Of a stretch of DNA of 64,000 bases, positions 27,672-37,468 are shown in pieces; the stretch's first letter is position 1; every line of letters begins with the position of its first letter. The stretch is from an uncultured Chlamydiae bacterium (GTDB lineage Bacteria > Chlamydiota > Chlamydiia > Chlamydiales > Parachlamydiaceae), in contig CAVWGN010000001.1 of assembly GCA_963754655.1 (NCBI GenBank), positions 2,019,565-2,083,564 on the forward strand, read 5' to 3'. The notes under the pieces were generated by a model. It was given only the letters and a program-made list of their open reading frames with translations, was not told where the DNA came from and did not search any database. The position numbers were made by a program, and so were the translations under genes.

Positions 27672-29258
27672 ATGAAAGATCTTTCTTATCTCTCTCATTC
27701 TCCCGCTGCTCGGCAATGGGAACCTATTGGCATTAAGCCTCACCATGGAATTGCTATTCCTTTATTCAGTATTCACTCTAGTCATTCTTATGGAATTGGA
27801 GAATTTACCGATTTACCCTTATTAATTGATTGGTGTGCCTCTATTGGTTTTGATGTCATTCAATTGCTTCCCTTAAATGACACGGAAATGGGATTGAGTC
27901 CCTATAGCGCGATGTCTGCTTTTGCTCTTAATCCCCTTTTTATAGGGCTTGATTCTTTACCCCATGTGGATGATTATCCCATTCTAAAAGAAGAATTAAA
28001 ATCCTTACCCAAATTTTCTTCTATTCCTTTTGTCGACTATGACCGCGTGCGAGCTTATAAAGAACGCTTTTTACGTCATTATTTTCGCTTGATGGGATCT
28101 CAATTATTGAAAAGCGCAGCTTTTGAGCATTTTATGCAAGAAGCAGGCTTTTGGTTAAAGGGATATGCTGTTTTTAAAATTTTAAAAAGACGCCATCAGT
28201 GGATGAGTTGGGAAACTTGGCCCGAAGCTGAATCTCGTGCAACCCCTGTTTTACTTGACTCAATCGCCTATCAACAACAAGAAGAATTTAATTGGTTCTG
28301 TTTTTTGCAATTTATCTGCGATCAACAAATGAAAGCTGCAAAATTGCATGCTGATCATCAAAAGGTCTTTTTAATGGGGGATATTCCCATCCTTATTGGT
28401 CGCGACAGTGCAGATGTCTGGTTACATAGAGAGTTATTTAACCTTGACTACTCGGCAGGAGCACCTCCTGATCTATTTAGTGAAAGTGGACAAAATTGGG
28501 GATTTCCCATTTATCAATGGGAAACTCTAGCCAACCAAGATTATCACTGGTGGATCCAACGTCTACGCTGGGCAAGCCGCTATTACCATATTTATCGCAT
28601 TGATCATATTGTTGGATTTTTTCGCATTTGGTCTATCCCCTTAGGACTTACAGGAAAAGATGGGTATTTTCTTCCCAAAGATAAAACGATGTGGATTGAC
28701 CATGGACAAAGGATAATGCTGATGATGTTAAAGGCATGCGATATGTTGCCAATCGGAGAAGATCTTGGCATCGTTCCCCTTGAAGTCAGAACTTGCCTCA
28801 AGGCGCTTGGAATTTGCGGAACAAAAGTCATGCGTTGGGAGCGAAAGTGGGAAGAGAATGGAACGTTTATTTCGCTTCAAGATTATCCTGTAGATAGCAT
28901 GACGACTGTCTCTACGCATGATACCGAAACTTTACAACAATGGTGGATAGATTTCCCCATCGAAGCTCAACTTTTTGCCCAATTTAAAGGTTGGTCTTAT
29001 CAGCCTATTCTGAGTCGAGATCACTACCGAGAAATCTTATGGGATAGCCATCACTCGGCAAGTTTATTTCATATCAATTTCTTACAGGAATATTTACCCC
29101 TCATTCCCGGACTAAGCTGGCCTAATCCAGATGATGAGCGCATTAATATTCCAGGCCTTGTCACGGATCGCAATTGGCGCTATCGTTTACTTCCAAGCCT
29201 TGAAGATCTTGCTCAACAAAGCAGCTTAAAACACATCATGCAAGAGCTCATCAAATAA
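27672..29258 (+). CDS. malQ: 4-alpha-glucanotransferase (amylomaltase, GH77)
   Basis: 528 aa. GH77 signatures: GIGEFTDL, LLPLNDT, SPYSAMSAFALNPLFI, YRIDHIVGFFRIW, IGEDLG, STHDT. Confidence 0.95.
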   Translation: MKDLSYLSHSPAARQWEPIGIKPHHGIAIPLFSIHSSHSYGIGEFTDLPLLIDWCASIGFDVIQLLPLNDTEMGLSPYSAMSAFALNPLFIGLDSLPHVDDYPILKEELKSLPKFSSIPFVDYDRVRAYKERFLRHYFRLMGSQLLKSAAFEHFMQEAGFWLKGYAVFKILKRRHQWMSWETWPEAESRATPVLLDSIAYQQQEEFNWFCFLQFICDQQMKAAKLHADHQKVFLMGDIPILIGRDSADVWLHRELFNLDYSAGAPPDLFSESGQNWGFPIYQWETLANQDYHWWIQRLRWASRYYHIYRIDHIVGFFRIWSIPLGLTGKDGYFLPKDKTMWIDHGQRIMLMMLKACDMLPIGEDLGIVPLEVRTCLKALGICGTKVMRWERKWEENGTFISLQDYPVDSMTTVSTHDTETLQQWWIDFPIEAQLFAQFKGWSYQPILSRDHYREILWDSHHSASLFHINFLQEYLPLIPGLSWPNPDDERINIPGLVTDRNWRYRLLPSLEDLAQQSSLKHIMQELIK

Positions 29259-29274
29259 AACACGCTATTCGAAA

Positions 29275-30906
29275 ATGAATCAAGACGTTAAACTGTTCAA
29301 AATGGAAAACAAACACTATTTTAAAAAATTTAAAAGAAGTAATTTTTATTCTACCCGGTTCTTAGCTCCTATTTTTTTGCTTCTCATCTTGAGCTTTGCC
29401 ATGGGATGGAATAGGTGCTGTTTTAGTGTAGAATCATCCGATGCAAAGCTCAAAACGCTTTATCAGAGCTTAGATCCGACTTCCGTCTCTCAACATTTGG
29501 CTTTTTATGAACTTTATGCTCATCACTCTTGGGGCCAACAAGCTTTAAAGGAAGCTTGGCAGCTTTTAGCTGGAACGCAGAATAATCCACTTCTCTCTTC
29601 CCATGCCCTTCCTCTTTCCACTACTGCCGTTAACTCTCTTGTGGCGCTAGTGAACAAACCCATGGATCAAGAAATCTCACTTTCTGATGAAGAAGCGTTA
29701 GGAACTTTAATTAAACTCTCTACCAGACTCTCTCATTTTTCTTTCAAAGGCCATCATGTTTGGAGTGAGCAAGAGGTCCTAGCCCTTCGTTTAAATGAAA
29801 TAGATCTCGCTCGCGGTCTTTTTTTAAGTCAATTTGGTTCTGACCGCCTGCGTATTCAATCTTATGAAGCCTTAATTGATTTGATGGCTTTGCAAATTCT
29901 TGCCCGTTTGCCAAAGGATGCTTCTCCTGAAGAAAAAATTATCGCCATCAATACTTTTATTTTCGATGAAATGGGTTTTCGTTTCCCTCCCCATTCTCTT
30001 TATGCCAAAGACATTGATCTCTACACCTTTCTTCCCTCAGTTTTAGACTCTCGCCGGGGCGTTTGCTTGGGAGTTTCTATTCTTTATCTCTGTCTAGCCC
30101 AACGCCTTGCATTACCTTTAGAAATGATTACTCCACCCGGACACATTTATGTTCGCTATTGTATGGGCGACAAAGTCGTGAATATTGAAACCACAGCTAG
30201 GGGCATTCATATCGATTCTAAAGAATACTTAAGCATCAACACTCGCTCTCTTCAAAAACGGACAATTCGAGAAGTGATTGGAATGGCGCATTTTAATCAA
30301 GCCTCTGTCCATTGGCAAAATGGGGAATATGCAAAGGCTTTAAAAGCCTACCAGAAAGCAGAACCTTATATGCCCGATGATCCTCTCTTAAAAGAGCTCA
30401 TGGGCTATAGCCTCCTTTTAACAGGTCATCTTGAAAAAGGGAAAAAGCTCATTGAGGAGATTAAAGACATCATTCCTGACTATGCCATTGTCAAAAATAC
30501 AATGGCCGAAGATTATTTGCAGGGAAAAGTTGATGCTAAAGGAATTGCAGTCATTTTTACAAAAGTGGATGAAGATCGCCAATCCATTTTAGTTAAAAAA
30601 CAAGCTCTTGAACAAACCTTAGAACATTACCCCCTTTTTCGCCAAGGCCTATTAAACCTTGCTGTTACTTGGCTGCAGCTCCATCGAACAGGCGAAGCCT
30701 TAGATATCCTCAACCGTTATCAATCTATAGATCCAAGTGATCCTGAAGCCCACTATTACCTATCCATTCTTTATAATGAGCGGCGCGATTATCCCAAAGC
30801 TTGGTACCATCTTCAACAAGCCGAAGTCATTGTCAAAACCCATCAACATTATCCTAAAATTCTCAAAGAATTACGACGCGAACTTCTCAGTTGCTGTCCT
30901 GAATAG
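29275..30906 (+). CDS. Transglutaminase-fold (SirB1/UPF0162-like) + TPR protein with N-terminal TM/signal anchor
   Basis: 543 aa. RRGVCLGVSILYLCLAQRLALPLEMITPPGHIYVRY resembles the SirB1-family core, and the C-terminal half has TPR-like helices (GEYAKALKAYQKAEPYMPDDP...). Confidence 0.55.
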   Translation: MNQDVKLFKMENKHYFKKFKRSNFYSTRFLAPIFLLLILSFAMGWNRCCFSVESSDAKLKTLYQSLDPTSVSQHLAFYELYAHHSWGQQALKEAWQLLAGTQNNPLLSSHALPLSTTAVNSLVALVNKPMDQEISLSDEEALGTLIKLSTRLSHFSFKGHHVWSEQEVLALRLNEIDLARGLFLSQFGSDRLRIQSYEALIDLMALQILARLPKDASPEEKIIAINTFIFDEMGFRFPPHSLYAKDIDLYTFLPSVLDSRRGVCLGVSILYLCLAQRLALPLEMITPPGHIYVRYCMGDKVVNIETTARGIHIDSKEYLSINTRSLQKRTIREVIGMAHFNQASVHWQNGEYAKALKAYQKAEPYMPDDPLLKELMGYSLLLTGHLEKGKKLIEEIKDIIPDYAIVKNTMAEDYLQGKVDAKGIAVIFTKVDEDRQSILVKKQALEQTLEHYPLFRQGLLNLAVTWLQLHRTGEALDILNRYQSIDPSDPEAHYYLSILYNERRDYPKAWYHLQQAEVIVKTHQHYPKILKELRRELLSCCPE

Positions 30907-30987
30907 TCGCTTTTGCAGTATGATGGAGATTTTATAATTTAAATTTTGTTTCAAAATGCAGAAAAATTCAATTTAAGGTGATAGGCT

Positions 30988-31563
30988 ATGAAAATCTATA
31001 CGCGTACGGGTGATAAAGGCACGACTTCTTTGTTTTCAGGTGAAAGAGTACCCAAAGACAATCCTTTTATCGAAGCAGTGGGAACTGTTGATGAGGGAAA
31101 TTCTGCTCTTGGTCTAGCCCTTTCCATGCTTCCCAAAGAAGAACAATTCCAATCTACCCTAGAACAGCTTGAAATGATTCAACATACTCTATTTGATGTT
31201 GGAGCTGCTTTAGCCACCCCTAGGACCTGCCATCAAAACCAAAAATTAGAAAAAACACGTTTTGATAACGAAGCCATTGAATTATTAGAAAAATGGATTG
31301 ATGCCATGGATGCCCAATTGCCTATTTTAAAGACATTTATTCTTCCCGGGGGACATCCTGCAGGAGCAGCTTTACATCTCTCGCGTAGTATCATTCGTCG
31401 AGCAGAGCGGCTGGTTATCCCTCTGTATGAACAAGCAGATGTGACTCAATCTGTTCTTGTCTATTTAAATCGTCTTTCTGATTATCTTTTTATGGCCTCT
31501 CGATTCGTCAACCATCAGCTTCAAGTTCCTGAAACACAATGGCAACCTGTTAAAAAGATTTAG
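30988..31563 (+). CDS. ATP:cob(I)alamin adenosyltransferase, PduO-type
   Basis: 191 aa. The N-terminus MKIYTRTGDKGTTSLFSGERV and the later LPGGHPAGAALHLSRSIIRRAER are hallmark PduO/MMAB motifs. Confidence 0.9.
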   Translation: MKIYTRTGDKGTTSLFSGERVPKDNPFIEAVGTVDEGNSALGLALSMLPKEEQFQSTLEQLEMIQHTLFDVGAALATPRTCHQNQKLEKTRFDNEAIELLEKWIDAMDAQLPILKTFILPGGHPAGAALHLSRSIIRRAERLVIPLYEQADVTQSVLVYLNRLSDYLFMASRFVNHQLQVPETQWQPVKKI

Positions 31564-31658
31564 AAAATCTAGATGCAGCTTTTGAAATTACTTGATATAC
31601 GATGAGGGGCTTTTCAATCTAAAATTCTTTTCGACAGATCTTAATTTTTCAAAAGCTG

Positions 31659-32157
31659 GTACTCAACCACATTAGTTTTGTGTATTTAGACTGCTTCAAA
31701 GCCCCGGGGCTAGGGTGTTCATTTTGTGCAAAAAATGAGCTTTATTTTTCACAATAATTGGCATAGTTGAATAGAAGGTCGCATGTTTATGCCGTCCTTT
31801 CAGGACTCGATGTCTTTTTGATAGAACCCAGGCCTCCGCTTCGCTGCGACCTGGGCTGTAACATGACGGCCCTTCAGGCCTTAACAAGAGATGTTTAAGT
31901 CTCTCTTCTATAGTCCCTAAATCATCTTTTTGTTAAGGCCTGAAGGGCCGTCATGTTACAGCCCAGGTCGCAGCGAAGCGGAGGCCTGGGTTCTATCAAA
32001 AAGACATCGAGTCCTGAAAGGACGGCATAAACATGCGACCTTCAATTTAACTATGCCAATTATTGTGAAAAATAAAGCTCATTTTTTGCACAAAATGAAC
32101 ACCCTAGCCCCGAGGCTTTGAAGAGTCTAAATACACAAAACTAATGTGGTTGAGTAC
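31659..32157. repeat. Large modular palindrome, copy 2 (simplest form: two ~227-nt arms around a 47-nt spacer)
   Basis: gtactcaaccacattagttttgtgtatttagactgcttcaaagccccgggg...core... on the left and its reverse complement on the right, ending ...ctaatgtggttgagtac. The non-palindromic spacer is at 31886-31932. Confidence 0.95.
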
Positions 32158-32206
32158 TAGGAACGAAATGCTTCTGGCAAACTCCAGAAGCTAAATTTGT
32201 CGCTCA

Positions 32207-32440
32207 AGCGGCGTTAGCCGCGCATGGATAGTAGCCGTGGGTGTAGGCGAAGCCGGAACCCACGGTGTATGGTAAAAAAAATGAAGCCACGTTAGTGGCG
32301 TAGGAAATGTGATGGTGGAGCAATGTTTATTTAAACGAATGCTACGCCACTAACGTGGCTCAAATTTGTTTTTTGGGTAACCGTGGGTTTCGGCTTGCGC
32401 CTACACCCACGGCTACTATCCATGCGCGGCTAACGCCGCT
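32207..32440. repeat. Unrelated imperfect palindrome (~234 bp)
   Basis: agcggcgttagccgcgcatggatagtagccgtgggtgtaggcg... pairs with ...cgcctacacccacggctactatccatgcgcggctaacgccgct. The inner arms are gaagccacgttagtggcgtag / ctacgccactaacgtggctc. Confidence 0.85.
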
Positions 32441-32516
32441 CGTCGCTGAGGGAAAGGATATGGATCAAGCAACATTGCAAAAACAAAGATAAAGATTCCA
32501 ATTACCTAGCCATATG

Positions 32517-32660
32517 CCGGGACTTAATAAAGAACTGTTTTGGGGTTGATATTTTTCGCGTCATTTTCGGGAAATATCCCTCTAAAGTCTATTACAGGCG
32601 TGGTATTGTTAAATTGATGCGACGAATATCAAGTCCAAAACAGTTCTTTGTTAAGTCCGG
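32517..32660. repeat. Third, unrelated palindrome (~144 bp)
   Basis: ccgggacttaataaagaactgttttgg... pairs with ...ccaaaacagttctttgttaagtccgg. Confidence 0.8.
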
Positions 32661-33001
32661 CCCAGAGCATCGCCCTGAGTTAGATTAGCCCTCGTCATGA
32701 TGTAGTCTGAAGGACTACAAGAGAATCATCTCATCCCAAGCCCGGAGCTTTCAGCAATCCCAATAGGCAAAAACTAGTGGATCATTCGGCGTGGGCATAA
32801 CAAAATAAGACTCTATATAAATGGCTTTAAGGATCAGTTTAGAAAATTTTTTTAGTCTTTCAGGCTGCGCAGAAGCGTGAAAAATAACCCACTAGTGTGG
32901 TTTGAGTACTAGAAAAGGTTTCATTATTGGAATAGATTTAAATCAGTAAATTTGATATAAGTTATGCCATTAACCTCAAAGCATTTAACTATTATTTTAT
33001 T

Positions 33002-33763
33002 ATGCCTATACATTTCAGTTCTTTTTCTAATTATATACCCTCTCTATTCAAAGAAAGCCTCATCCCAGCTTTAACTGCTCAGCAGAAGAAGATTTTAACT
33101 ATTGTTTCGATTGCTTTTGGATTCTTCGCAATATGCTATATTGCAAAACGTTGCTGCATGGCAAATAGTCAGGATGGGAAGGGAAAAACCTTTTCTCTTT
33201 CTGAACTTTGTATAAAAGAGGGGGAATTTGCAAATAACAAATTAAATGGTCTGGCAAAGAAAAACTATTTATTTTTAGGAATTATACACGAAGGAAACTT
33301 CAAAGATGACTTACTCAATGGAACAGGCAAGAAGAATGATTTTAATGGAACTCTATATGAAGGTGAATTCAGAAATGGTAATTTAAATGGACAAGTTAAG
33401 GTAACTAAGACCAATGGAGATGTCTATGAAGGCGAATTTAAAGATGACAAATTCAATGGTCAAGGCAAGATAACTAAGGCCAATGGAGACGTCTATGAAG
33501 GTGAATTCAAAAAGGGCAAATTAAATGGCCAAGGTAAGATAACTTGGACCAATGGAGATGTCTATGAAGGCGAATTTAAAGATAACAAATTCAGTGGTCA
33601 AGGCAAGCTCTCTTTGCCCAATGGAGTTATCTATGAGGGTGAATTCACAAAGAACACATTAAATGGCCAAGGTAAGATCACTTGTGCTAATGGAGATGTC
33701 TATCAAGCCGAATTTAAAGAGGATAAATTAATAGCCAAGGAAAAATTAGTCTTGCCAATATAG
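33002..33763 (+). CDS. MORN-repeat membrane protein, apparently truncated by a 1-nt frameshift
   Basis: 253 aa. An N-terminal TM segment (ILTIVSIAFGFFAICYIA) is followed by about 7 MORN repeats (NGDVYEGEFKDDKFNGQGKIT). MORN-like coding continues in another frame to 33954. Confidence 0.8.
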   Translation: MPIHFSSFSNYIPSLFKESLIPALTAQQKKILTIVSIAFGFFAICYIAKRCCMANSQDGKGKTFSLSELCIKEGEFANNKLNGLAKKNYLFLGIIHEGNFKDDLLNGTGKKNDFNGTLYEGEFRNGNLNGQVKVTKTNGDVYEGEFKDDKFNGQGKITKANGDVYEGEFKKGKLNGQGKITWTNGDVYEGEFKDNKFSGQGKLSLPNGVIYEGEFTKNTLNGQGKITCANGDVYQAEFKEDKLIAKEKLVLPI

Positions 33764-34014
33764 TCTATGAAGATGAAGTCAAAACATCCCAATTAAATGA
33801 CCAAGTCCAAGTCAACATCACTTATTCTAATGTTGTCTATAAATTCGAACTTACAGACAACCTCAAACATTCTAGAAACTCGCATTCAACTAAAGAAGTT
33901 GTCTTAAAAGCTCACCTTACGCAAGTGAGATTAAAAATCAGTGATATTCCTTAAATAACCAAATAGTTTAATTTATTTAATAGCCTGAAAGGCTCTATAG
34001 AAACCCAAATTAGG

Positions 34015-35040
34015 ATGATTACAAGGTTCAAAATGCATCACTTAATCTTAAATGTCTTAATTCTAGGAGGTACCAATTTTTTAGGGCCTCATTTAGCTGA
34101 AGAGCTACACCAACGCGGACATGAAATCACACTCTTCCACCGCGGAACCCCCTCTTCTCATTCTCTTGAGTATGCCTCACATCTTTATGGAGATAGAGAG
34201 GGAAGCCTCAAAGCTTTAGAAGGCAAGCGTTGGGATGCTGTCATAGATACATCAGGGCATCTCCCGCGAATTGTAGAATCTTCTTCGAAAATCCTTTCGC
34301 AAGCAACGGAGCACTACACCTTTATTTCAACAATAGGTGTTTATGAGGATTTTTTAACCTCTAATATTAATGAAAGCCATCCTGTTGCAAAGTTGGAAAA
34401 TGAAAATGATGAAGAAATTACGGAAAAAAACTATGGGGCTTTGAAAGCGAAGTGTGAGCAAGTCATTCAAAGTTATTTTCCACACCATTCGCTAATTATA
34501 CGTCCAGGACTTATCGTAGGACCCTATGATACAACAGGTCGTTTTACATATTGGCCTCGACGCATAATAAAGGGTGGAGAAATACTCGCTCCCGGTGATC
34601 CAAAACAACAAGTACAATTTATTGATGCGCGCGATCTTGCAAAATGGATTGTGGACATGATTGAGAAGAAGTCAACGGGAATTTATCAAGCAACCGGGCC
34701 CTCTACTCCCCTAACATTTGAGCAATTTCTCCAGACCTGCATGAAGCATAGTCAAAAAGAAGCTCAGCTTTATTGGGTAGATGAAAAATTTCTCTTAGAT
34801 CAACAGGTCCAAGATTGGACGGACCTTCCGCTGTGGCTTGCAAGCAAAAGAAACATGCCGGGATTCCAAAAGATGGATATCACAAAGGCTATTCAAGCAG
34901 GACTGACTTTTCGCCCTCTTTCTGAAACAATTGCAGATACTCTTTCATGGGACCTTTCTCAGTCTAATGAAAAAAAGTTCACAGGTTTAGAACAGGAAAA
35001 GGAAAAAAAACTTTTGCAAATTTGGAAGGATCATAAATAA
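34015..35040 (+). CDS. NAD(P)-dependent epimerase/dehydratase-family (extended SDR) protein
   Basis: 341 aa. Rossmann motif VLILGGTNFLGPHL near the N-terminus; the true start may be the Met at 34033. Confidence 0.75.
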   Translation: MITRFKMHHLILNVLILGGTNFLGPHLAEELHQRGHEITLFHRGTPSSHSLEYASHLYGDREGSLKALEGKRWDAVIDTSGHLPRIVESSSKILSQATEHYTFISTIGVYEDFLTSNINESHPVAKLENENDEEITEKNYGALKAKCEQVIQSYFPHHSLIIRPGLIVGPYDTTGRFTYWPRRIIKGGEILAPGDPKQQVQFIDARDLAKWIVDMIEKKSTGIYQATGPSTPLTFEQFLQTCMKHSQKEAQLYWVDEKFLLDQQVQDWTDLPLWLASKRNMPGFQKMDITKAIQAGLTFRPLSETIADTLSWDLSQSNEKKFTGLEQEKEKKLLQIWKDHK

Positions 35041-35222
35041 AAAGACTGTTTCCAGCCCACCGTGACAGAACTCCTTATGCGATTAGTTTTTGCCTATTGG
35101 GGCTGCTTCAAGCCCCGGGATTGAATGGGCATAAGTGGGTCCAATATTATATACACCGCAATTTCTTGCTATATCGCTCCGCGATATAGCAAAAAATTAA
35201 AGCTGAGATGAAAAAATCTTGT

Positions 35223-37208
35223 CTATATTGTAAAGCTAGGCTCATTTTCTTCTTGAACAGGCTCAATCCACCGTCCCTGTGCTTGAATAAGCGCAACCAA
35301 ACGATCATCTGCTTCTGAAAAATCAATATTGCGTTCTACACATGCTTTTCCCACATAGAGATCAATTTTTCCTGGTTTAGAGCCCACATAACCAAAATCA
35401 GCATCGGCCATTTCACCTGGCCCATTGACAATGCATCCCATAATGGCAATCTTGACACCCGGAAGATGAGAGGTCCGTTTCTGAATGCGCTTGCTTACCT
35501 CTAATAAATCAAACAACGTGCGCCCACAGCTAGGACAAGAAATAAAATCTGTTTTGGACATTCGCATACGAGCTGCTTGAAGAATAGAAAAGCTTAGCTG
35601 CCGAATAAAATCCAATGAGTAGGGTCCTTCTAACCATATCCCTTCGCCTAGTCCATCGCAAAGAAGCGCACCATACTCCATGCTTGCTAATAAGGTGACA
35701 TCTTCTTGAGCACATTGATAACTAAAATGAAGAATGACAGGAATGGCTAACTTCTGCTTTTTCAACCATTCAAAAAATTGACGAGAATAATGCAAGCGAT
35801 TTTCCGCTAGCGATAAAATAATCAAAGCAGGTTTGAGATCTATTAAAGCATTCCAACTATTAGGCGATTCTTTTTCAATTTTAATGATAAGCGGCATAGT
35901 CGTTGCCTGAAAGGGATGCAATGCAAATCGCTCCGTTCTTGCTTGCAGATGCTTAGCTCGCATAGCATCTGAAAGCGTGACAATAGGAATGCTAGGTACC
36001 CCAGGATTTTGTGAAAAAACTCCTACTCCAATCTCACGCACCCGCTGCAAAACTTGAGTAGCCTCTTTGCCAATGTTAAATTCATTTAAGACAAGATTGT
36101 CAACTGTCATCGATTTTAATTTGGGAGAACCGAATGATCCTTCGCATCCAATCTGCTTAAAAAAATCGGCATGCTTAACCGCTTGTTGCGGAATTGTTAC
36201 AAATACCGTTCCATTGCGGTGTAGAGGCACTCGAGCATCAAAATGGACAGAGCGTCTTTGCATTTCATCAATCGAACGCAGCTCTTCGTGAAAAGGCTCG
36301 ATACCTTTTCCTTCTTGAGCTTGCGCTAAACGCATCAAACGCTGACAAGGATCAATTTCAAACCAAGGATCTTCTGTCAAGGAAACACGTATCGTATCGC
36401 CAATGCCATCCAACAGTAAGGTCCCAATTCCCATCGCTGATTTTATACGGCCATCTTCTCCCTCTCCAGCTTCCGTGACACCTAAATGTAAGGGATAGTC
36501 CCATCCCAATTTATACATGGCAGCTGTAAGCAGACGATAGGCCTGAATCATGACTTGAGGATTGGAGGCCTTCATGGAAAAAATGATGTCATGATACTCC
36601 ATTTTACGGCAAATACGGGCAAATTCAAGCGCCGATTCAACCATGCCAGTGGGCGTGTCTCCATAACGATTCATAATGCGATCAGATAAAGATCCGTGAT
36701 TTGTCCCAATGCGCATCGAGCGTTTGAGGCGCTTGCATTTCTCAACGAGCGGACTAAATTTTTCCTCAATTTTGAGAAGTTCTTGTGCATATGATTCATC
36801 ATCATATTCAATTTGTTTAAAAGTTGCCCGCTTATCAACAAAATTTCCTGGATTGATGCGCACTTTGTCCACAAAATCAACGACCCGCATGGCAGCTGGC
36901 GGATAAAAATGAATATCAGCTACTAAAGGAACTTGATATCCGCGTTGCAAAAGACCATTTTTAATCCCCTCACAAGCCTCAGCCTCTTTCATTCCTTGCA
37001 CTGTGACACGCACAATCTCACATCCCGCATCTGCTAAACGCATGACTTGAGTCATGGTTGCCTCTACATCGCGCGTGTTAGAAGTGGTCATCGATTGAAT
37101 GCGAATAGGATGATGTCCTCCCACTCCTACATCTCCAACCATGACGACCCGCGTTGGGCGCCTTTTAGTTTGATAGATAGCTTCACAATATTTGATGCTC
37201 ATTTTCAC
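35223..37208 (-). CDS. ispG: 4-hydroxy-3-methylbut-2-enyl diphosphate synthase IspG (long, insertion-containing form)
   Basis: 661 aa. N-terminal TIM-barrel part (VGGHHPIRIQSMTTSNT), a large central insert, and a C-terminal 4Fe-4S domain (FISCPSCGRT ... MGCIVNGPGE). Confidence 0.95.
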   Translation of the reverse strand: MKMSIKYCEAIYQTKRRPTRVVMVGDVGVGGHHPIRIQSMTTSNTRDVEATMTQVMRLADAGCEIVRVTVQGMKEAEACEGIKNGLLQRGYQVPLVADIHFYPPAAMRVVDFVDKVRINPGNFVDKRATFKQIEYDDESYAQELLKIEEKFSPLVEKCKRLKRSMRIGTNHGSLSDRIMNRYGDTPTGMVESALEFARICRKMEYHDIIFSMKASNPQVMIQAYRLLTAAMYKLGWDYPLHLGVTEAGEGEDGRIKSAMGIGTLLLDGIGDTIRVSLTEDPWFEIDPCQRLMRLAQAQEGKGIEPFHEELRSIDEMQRRSVHFDARVPLHRNGTVFVTIPQQAVKHADFFKQIGCEGSFGSPKLKSMTVDNLVLNEFNIGKEATQVLQRVREIGVGVFSQNPGVPSIPIVTLSDAMRAKHLQARTERFALHPFQATTMPLIIKIEKESPNSWNALIDLKPALIILSLAENRLHYSRQFFEWLKKQKLAIPVILHFSYQCAQEDVTLLASMEYGALLCDGLGEGIWLEGPYSLDFIRQLSFSILQAARMRMSKTDFISCPSCGRTLFDLLEVSKRIQKRTSHLPGVKIAIMGCIVNGPGEMADADFGYVGSKPGKIDLYVGKACVERNIDFSEADDRLVALIQAQGRWIEPVQEENEPSFTI

Positions 37209-37468
37209 TCTTTTGTCTTATATTAAACGTCTTTTACAAACTCTATTTCTATTTTAAGTTTTTTTGCTTCAATTACAAGTACTTTTTTATTAAAAAATTG
37301 ATTCACATTCGACTTTTTAAAAACTAGCAACTAAGATTTAGATTTAAAAATTCTTCATTTCGCCTTGACAACCCTTCTTAAAAATCTTATTTTGAATGAT
37401 GATTCTCTCTAAAAAATCAACAAGACCATAGAGACTTGTCAATGCATTTTAATCCATGAGGCACTCAA

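Noticed and set aside
31696-32121. 60-70-aa ORFs (MLRPEGPSCYSPGRSEAEAWVLSKRHRVLKGRHKHATF...) appearing on both strands here and at 43415-43624, 43980-44171 and 58436-58630
   Set aside because: They are the two arms of the palindromic elements read in opposite directions. They start at TTG and have no RBS. The non-ORF parts of the element are conserved just as well, so they are artefacts of the inverted repeat rather than genes.
35166-35192. 12-bp-stem hairpin ttgctatatcgc-tcc-gcgatatagcaa between the convergent SDR and ispG genes, considered as a bidirectional intrinsic terminator
   Set aside because: The U-tract is on the wrong side for both strands (A-run after the stem on the + strand, T-run before it on the - strand). 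It may still pause transcription, but it does not meet the canonical terminator pattern.
37365-37393. TTGACA-17-TATTTT upstream of clpB as a promoter, plus a search for a CIRCE/HrcA operator
   Set aside because: The -10 element is weak and such matches are frequent in AT-rich DNA. No TTAGCACTC-N9-GAGTGCTAA-like element was seen, so it is not reported as a feature.
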